Below are positions 59,099 to 64,000 of a DNA stretch of 64,000 nucleotides, one piece after another (position 1 is the stretch's first letter; each line of letters opens with the position of its first letter). The stretch is taken from contig CANJPX010000011.1 in the NCBI GenBank assembly GCA_947476185.1, positions 1,491 to 65,490 on the forward strand, written 5' to 3'. The stretch is from Bacteroidota bacterium (GTDB lineage Bacteria > Bacteroidota > Bacteroidia > 2-12-FULL-35-15). Both the position numbers and the translations under genes were made by a program. Below the pieces are notes generated by a model. The model was not told the DNA's origin and ran no database searches. It saw only the letters and a program-made list of their open reading frames with translations.

Positions 59099-61198
59099 AT
59101 GAATAAAATAACAACCTTGCTAAGTGCTGCCTTTTTATCGGCACTTACAACAAGTGTATCAACTGCACAGGAACTGAAACCCTGTGGAACGACAGAAATG
59201 ACGCAAAAATATTTTAATAAAAATCCTGAAATAAAAAAACAATATCTGGCAGAAGAACAGTTGCGTGATCAAAAAGATCAGGTTGATTTTGCGAATGAAT
59301 ATAAAGAAGGTGATGGAAAAGCACTGGTTCCTATTTATACTATTCCTGTTGTATTTCATATTCTTCATGAAGGCGGACCTGAAAACATTTCGGATGCACA
59401 AATTATGGATGAAGTACGTATCTTAAATGATGACTACCGCAAATTAAATTCTGATATTTCTGCTGTTGTCCCTGCATTCACATCTATTGCCGCTGATTGC
59501 GAAATTCAATTTCGTTTAGCACAAAAAGATCCATCGGGGAATTGTACAAATGGCATCGACCGTATTTATTCTTCTCAAACAAATATTGGAGACGATGGTT
59601 CTAAGCTAAATCAATGGCCAAGAAATCAATATTTAAATGTTTGGGTAGTGAAAACCATTACCAGCGGTGCAGCTGGATATGCGTATTTACCGGGAACAAC
59701 CGCATCTGCAAATGACGGGATCATGATATTATCCACTTACATTGGAAGCATTGGTACAGGGCATGTTGCTACATCACGTGCATTAACACATGAGATCGGA
59801 CATTATTTAAATTTGAATCATACTTGGGGAGGAACAAATAACCCCGGAGTAGATTGTACAGGTAGTGATTCAGTAACGGATACTCCAAAAACAATTGGCT
59901 GGACCACTTGCAACCTTGCAGGTTCATCCTGTGGCAGTCCCTTGGATAACGTGCAGAATTATATGGAATATTCGTATTGCAGCAATATGTTCACTGCCGG
60001 ACAAAAGTCTAGAATGAGATCGGCATTAACTGCTACCACAGGCTTAGGAGGATTTGCCCAGCGGTATAATTTATGGACCACAGCCAACTTAGCAGCGACT
60101 GGAATTAGTCTTCCCGCAGTATTGTGTTTGGCTGATTTTCAATCGAGCACATCAACAAATACTGTTTGCCAGGGTGATAGTTTAACGTTTACTGATCTTT
60201 CCTGGAATGGAACACCAACTAGCTGGGCATGGACATTCGCCGGAGGAACACCTGCAACATCAACGGATTCTATTCCTGTTATTACTTATAATACTCCGGG
60301 TGTTTACAATGTTTCAATGACTGTAGCGAATGGATCAGGCTCCGTTAGTGCAACGAAAACATCTTATATCACTGTTTATCCAAACACTGCAACATACACA
60401 GGAACATTTTATTCGGAAGGATTTGAAGGAAGTGCCATTCCAAATGTGGACTGGAATGTTTACAATGCTAATTCAGGAAGTAATACCTGGACACAAACAA
60501 CAACAGCAGCAGCAACAGGTACTAAATCTGTCCGCATAGTAAATGCACCAACTTATTCCGGAAATGTGGATGAATTGGTCAGTCCGCCAATTGACATTAC
60601 CGCTATTGGCGGTTCCCCTTCATTAACCTATAAAGTGGCACATGCCCAATTAACATCCACATCAACAGATAAATTGCAAGTTTATGTTTCAAGTAATTGC
60701 GGACAAACATGGTTGTTACGACAAAGCATATCAGGTGCGATTTTATCTACAGCAGGTGTTGTAGCTTCTTCCTTTGTTCCAACAGCAAGTCAGTGGGTAA
60801 CTAAAACGGTAAATCTTGCATCAGTAGCAACAGAAACAAGTTTATTAGTAAAGTTCAAATTTACCAGCAACGCAGGAAACAATATTTATTTAGATGATAT
60901 TAATATTCTTGGTGGTGTTGGAATTGATGAATTGGCGAACAACATTCATTTTAATGTTTATCCAAACCCCGCCGAGGACAATACAATTATCTCCTTCAAT
61001 TTATTAGAAACTAACAAAGCGGATATTAAAATTTATGATGTAGTAGGGCGGGAAATATCATCTGTGTTCACAGGAAGTCTGGGAGCAGGAGAACATCAGT
61101 ATTCAATTGCAGAAAACACCAAATTGGCTGCAGGTGCATATTTTATAAAATTAACGGTAGGTGGAGAAAATTTCACAAAGAAGTTGATTGTGAAATAA
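59099..61198 (+). CDS. M43 (pappalysin-like) zinc metalloprotease with PKD domain and T9SS CTD
   Basis: CGT cysteine-switch propeptide, IPVVFH, HEIGHYLNLNH, NYMEYS; PKD W.W.F.GG..Y.TPG.Y.V; YPNP CTD. Confidence 0.92.
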   Translation: MNKITTLLSAAFLSALTTSVSTAQELKPCGTTEMTQKYFNKNPEIKKQYLAEEQLRDQKDQVDFANEYKEGDGKALVPIYTIPVVFHILHEGGPENISDAQIMDEVRILNDDYRKLNSDISAVVPAFTSIAADCEIQFRLAQKDPSGNCTNGIDRIYSSQTNIGDDGSKLNQWPRNQYLNVWVVKTITSGAAGYAYLPGTTASANDGIMILSTYIGSIGTGHVATSRALTHEIGHYLNLNHTWGGTNNPGVDCTGSDSVTDTPKTIGWTTCNLAGSSCGSPLDNVQNYMEYSYCSNMFTAGQKSRMRSALTATTGLGGFAQRYNLWTTANLAATGISLPAVLCLADFQSSTSTNTVCQGDSLTFTDLSWNGTPTSWAWTFAGGTPATSTDSIPVITYNTPGVYNVSMTVANGSGSVSATKTSYITVYPNTATYTGTFYSEGFEGSAIPNVDWNVYNANSGSNTWTQTTTAAATGTKSVRIVNAPTYSGNVDELVSPPIDITAIGGSPSLTYKVAHAQLTSTSTDKLQVYVSSNCGQTWLLRQSISGAILSTAGVVASSFVPTASQWVTKTVNLASVATETSLLVKFKFTSNAGNNIYLDDINILGGVGIDELANNIHFNVYPNPAEDNTIISFNLLETNKADIKIYDVVGREISSVFTGSLGAGEHQYSIAENTKLAAGAYFIKLTVGGENFTKKLIVK

Positions 61199-61221
61199 TA
61201 GCTGAAGAATCTAAAATTATC

Positions 61222-61255
61222 AAAGCCATCACAATAAAACGTGGCGGCTTTTTTT
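61222..61255 (+). terminator. Intrinsic terminator
   Basis: AAAGCCATCAC / GTGGCGGCTTT followed by a T-run. Confidence 0.7.
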
Positions 61256-61265
61256 ATTAATAAGA

Positions 61266-61715
61266 TTAGCCCTTTTTAAATCCAACCATAACAGAAACAC
61301 ATCCGGAAGGAGGAATAGTGCTAGTAGATTCAGATTGCGGCACTTGTACCTCGACAATAAATTCCTGGGTATTCTTTACTTTGAAGTCCCAGAAATCGGG
61401 TGAATCATTTTTTTGGCTATCAAAGATCACTTTGTGTTGCAAGTCCATTATCCGAAATGTAACATCGCCAAGATCTTCTTGGGCGCAAACAAGTATTCGA
61501 TAATCTTGTCCGGAATAAAAAGTCAGGTTTAAAGTAGTTTTTTGTCCTGCACTAAGTGTAGAAGTATTCATTTGTCCGTTTTGAGTAAACGGGGCAATTT
61601 TTGGCAAACATTTCTTTTTTACAAAGGTATTGCATTGAGCAATAGTGACTGTTGAAGAGAAAGCGATGAAGCCGATGGCAACAAAAGCTTTCATAAAGTA
61701 GTTATGTTTCATCAA
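61266..61715 (-). CDS. Exported hypothetical protein with four cysteines
   Basis: Signal peptide; AQC......C, FYSGQDYRILVC, GCVSVMVGFK. Confidence 0.7.
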   Translation of the reverse strand: MMKHNYFMKAFVAIGFIAFSSTVTIAQCNTFVKKKCLPKIAPFTQNGQMNTSTLSAGQKTTLNLTFYSGQDYRILVCAQEDLGDVTFRIMDLQHKVIFDSQKNDSPDFWDFKVKNTQEFIVEVQVPQSESTSTIPPSGCVSVMVGFKKG

Positions 61716-61729
61716 CTGCCTTTTACGGG

Positions 61730-62626
61730 CTATTGTATGATTTTGTTTCTTATTTCAGTAGATTTATCTGTGATCAGTTTCAATTGTTCAGGAGTAATAG
61801 TAAAAGTACTACCATTACCAACCGTAGTAACACCTTTTTCTTTATCCGTTGTTACTGTAGTTTCAGCTGTTGTAACCGGTATCGCATCAAATATCTTTTT
61901 CAGTTCGCCAAGTCCTTTTAAAAGTTCAGGAATTGATTCATTGTCCGCTTTATTGCTTTCCAATAAGGCGATCAGGTTATCCAAAGACAATTTTTGTTCT
62001 CCTATTCGGGTAACAATTGTTGCATTTTTGGTCGTTTTCGCGATCTCGGTAGCAATGTATAAGCCTTCGATCCAGCCACCTGCAACAATAAGAGCAGATA
62101 CACCCGGTTGACCGTTATCTTTTAAATAGGCATCAGCAGTCCAATATGAATCAGAAATAATAGCCAATAAAGAATCTCTATTTTCCAAGTTCGCTTCAAT
62201 ACGTGAAGTTGTTTTTTCATCAAAAGCACCGCTGATCCCTAATCCTGTAGCCAATTTATTGGTGCATTTCAGGTATAACATAGATTCCTGAGTTTGGTCA
62301 AATATGCTAGTCAAACTAAGATCAGATCCATAAATACCCAAATTCAATGCTTTTGAAGCAGCCGTTGCATATTTAGAAACATTTTCAATCGGGTTCAACA
62401 GTTTAGCGTTGTATTTTGCACCAGCCGCTTTTAGAAGCGTTGTAGTTTCGACAGGAGAAGGAATAGAATAAAAAACATTTTGCGCCTTAACATCTTTCAC
62501 TTTTGTATCAGCAACAGCTGTATCAACAGTTTCGCCGGTAGAAGAATCAGTAGTTGAGGAGCAAGCGGCAAACGCTAATGAAGTAGCGATATAAGAAGCC
62601 AAAAGAGTTGTTTTTTGAATATTCAT
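61730..62626 (-). CDS. Hypothetical lipoprotein
   Basis: Lipobox FAAC; PSPVE, ALNLGIYGSDL, GGWIEGLY, RN.I motifs; predicted mostly helical. Confidence 0.75.
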   Translation of the reverse strand: MNIQKTTLLASYIATSLAFAACSSTTDSSTGETVDTAVADTKVKDVKAQNVFYSIPSPVETTTLLKAAGAKYNAKLLNPIENVSKYATAASKALNLGIYGSDLSLTSIFDQTQESMLYLKCTNKLATGLGISGAFDEKTTSRIEANLENRDSLLAIISDSYWTADAYLKDNGQPGVSALIVAGGWIEGLYIATEIAKTTKNATIVTRIGEQKLSLDNLIALLESNKADNESIPELLKGLGELKKIFDAIPVTTAETTVTTDKEKGVTTVGNGSTFTITPEQLKLITDKSTEIRNKIIQ

Positions 62627-62704
62627 ATTATAACGTTTTGTAAAATTTAGTTCAAATATAATACAATATCAGTTGAAAAGCAGTGGTTTTCAAAACTTGT
62701 GAAT

Positions 62705-62737
62705 AAAAAAACCGCCCTTACAAAATGTGAGGCCGGT
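62705..62737 (-). terminator. Intrinsic terminator after dxs
   Basis: Minus strand ACCGGCCTCACA / TGTAAGGGCGGT followed by a U-run. Confidence 0.6.
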
Positions 62738-62765
62738 CTTACTTTTTTTAATTGAGAATAGTTTT

Positions 62766-64000
62766 TTATCCAACCATTGTTTGTGTTTTCACGCCTACCA
62801 TCTCAACAACAGTTCTCACAATGCTATCTACATCAAAATTACACTCGATATATAATTCTTTTTGTTCACCGTGTTCAATAAATTTATCGGGAATACCCAG
62901 GCGTTTTACATTCGCATTATAATTATTATCCGCCATGAATTCCAATACTGCAGATCCCATTCCACCCATGATACAACCATCTTCAATTGTAATTACTTTT
63001 GAGTGTTTCGCGAATACTTCATGCAATAATTGTTCATCAATTGGTTTTACAAACCGCATATCGTAATGTGCTGCTTTAATTCTTTTTTCTTCCAACTTTT
63101 TACATGCCGCAACGGCACTATTTCCAACATTTCCGATGGTCAATATTGCAATATCATCACCATTTTGAATCCGTCTTCCTTTGCCAATCGCTAATTTCTG
63201 GAAGGGCGTTTTCCAATCTATCATCACGCCATTTCCTCTTGGATAGCGGATTGAGAAAGGAGCATTTGTTTCAGGCAACTGAGCGGTATACATCAAATTC
63301 CTTAACTCCTCTTCATTCATCGGAGCAGAAACGATCATATTCGGGATGCAACGGAAAAACGCCAGATCGAAGGCACCATGGTGAGTCGGGCCATCGGCAC
63401 CGGCTAATCCACCTCTATCGAGACAAAATACAACATGTAATTTCTGCAAAGCCACATCATGGATCACTTGATCATAGGCTCTTTGCATGAATGACGAATA
63501 TATATTACAAAAAGGAACCAATCCCTGTGTTGCTAATCCGGCAGAAAAAGTAACAGCATGTTGCTCCGCTATCCCTACATCAAATGCTCTGTCGGGCATC
63601 GCTTTCATCATAATATTAAGCGAACAGCCGGAAGGCATGGCAGGCGTAATGCCCATTATTTTAGAATTTTTTTCGGCAAGTTCTACAATTGTATAACCGA
63701 ATACATCCTGATATCTTGGTGGCTGTGGCTCTTTCGGAACTATCTTTATTATTTCACCGGTATCTTTATTAAATAAACCCGGCGCATGCCAAACCGTTTG
63801 ATTTCCTTCTTCCGAAAATTTATATCCTTTTCCTTTTTGAGTGAGAACATGCAAGATCTTAGGCCCCGGAATATCTTTCAGATCCTGTAATACCTTCGTC
63901 ATTCGCTCAACATCATGGCCATCAACAGGACCGAAATAGCGGAACTTCAATGATTCAAACATATTACTTTGTTTGAGCAAAGAGCTTTTTATTCCATTCT
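62766..64000 (-). CDS. dxs: 1-deoxy-D-xylulose-5-phosphate synthase (C-terminal part; runs off the window end)
   Basis: GPVDGH, KGKG, DVGIAEQHA, YSSFMQRAYDQ.IHD, DR.G..G.DG.THHG, IRYPRG, FVKP.D, EDG. Confidence 0.96.
   Translation of the reverse strand, partial: NGIKSSLLKQSNMFESLKFRYFGPVDGHDVERMTKVLQDLKDIPGPKILHVLTQKGKGYKFSEEGNQTVWHAPGLFNKDTGEIIKIVPKEPQPPRYQDVFGYTIVELAEKNSKIMGITPAMPSGCSLNIMMKAMPDRAFDVGIAEQHAVTFSAGLATQGLVPFCNIYSSFMQRAYDQVIHDVALQKLHVVFCLDRGGLAGADGPTHHGAFDLAFFRCIPNMIVSAPMNEEELRNLMYTAQLPETNAPFSIRYPRGNGVMIDWKTPFQKLAIGKGRRIQNGDDIAILTIGNVGNSAVAACKKLEEKRIKAAHYDMRFVKPIDEQLLHEVFAKHSKVITIEDGCIMGGMGSAVLEFMADNNYNANVKRLGIPDKFIEHGEQKELYIECNFDVDSIVRTVVEMVGVKTQTMVG

Overview
AT-rich chromosomal segment of a Bacteroidota bacterium, judged from T9SS C-terminal domains, TAnnTTTG promoters, the MurF-Alr fusion and the pdxJ-CBS-NADK-porG-uppS-bamA-skp-skp-murI locus. 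It holds mostly core genes: corA, rsmI, tdk, alr, meaB, LPS glycosyltransferases, an S41 protease, yidD, rnpA, hemD, rlmN, ispD, queA, truB, uppP, ftsX, leuS, TDO, DAHP synthase/chorismate mutase, a DHS-family gene, a transsulfuration enzyme and dxs, plus five T9SS cargo genes. No rRNA, tRNA, CRISPR array, integrase or classical transposase was recognised. The standout is leuS. It carries an in-frame 438-bp cassette (32685-33122, exactly 146 codons) encoding a DUF559 (Vsr-like) endonuclease domain between two inverted copies of a GC-rich hairpin repeat (CCCTCTCC-NNN-GGAGAGGG...GGTGAGG). Three more nuclease-free copies of this repeat are translated in frame elsewhere in leuS, one forms the C-terminus of the DAHP/CM gene, and two are intergenic. 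This looks like a REP-like element plus nuclease system that colonises protein-coding genes. Several other short-repeat types (7/8-nt periodic arms, GTAG-type and GTCA-type hairpins), a putative extracellular nucleic-acid utilisation locus and a structured queA leader are also noted. All family assignments come from motif recognition; no database search was run.
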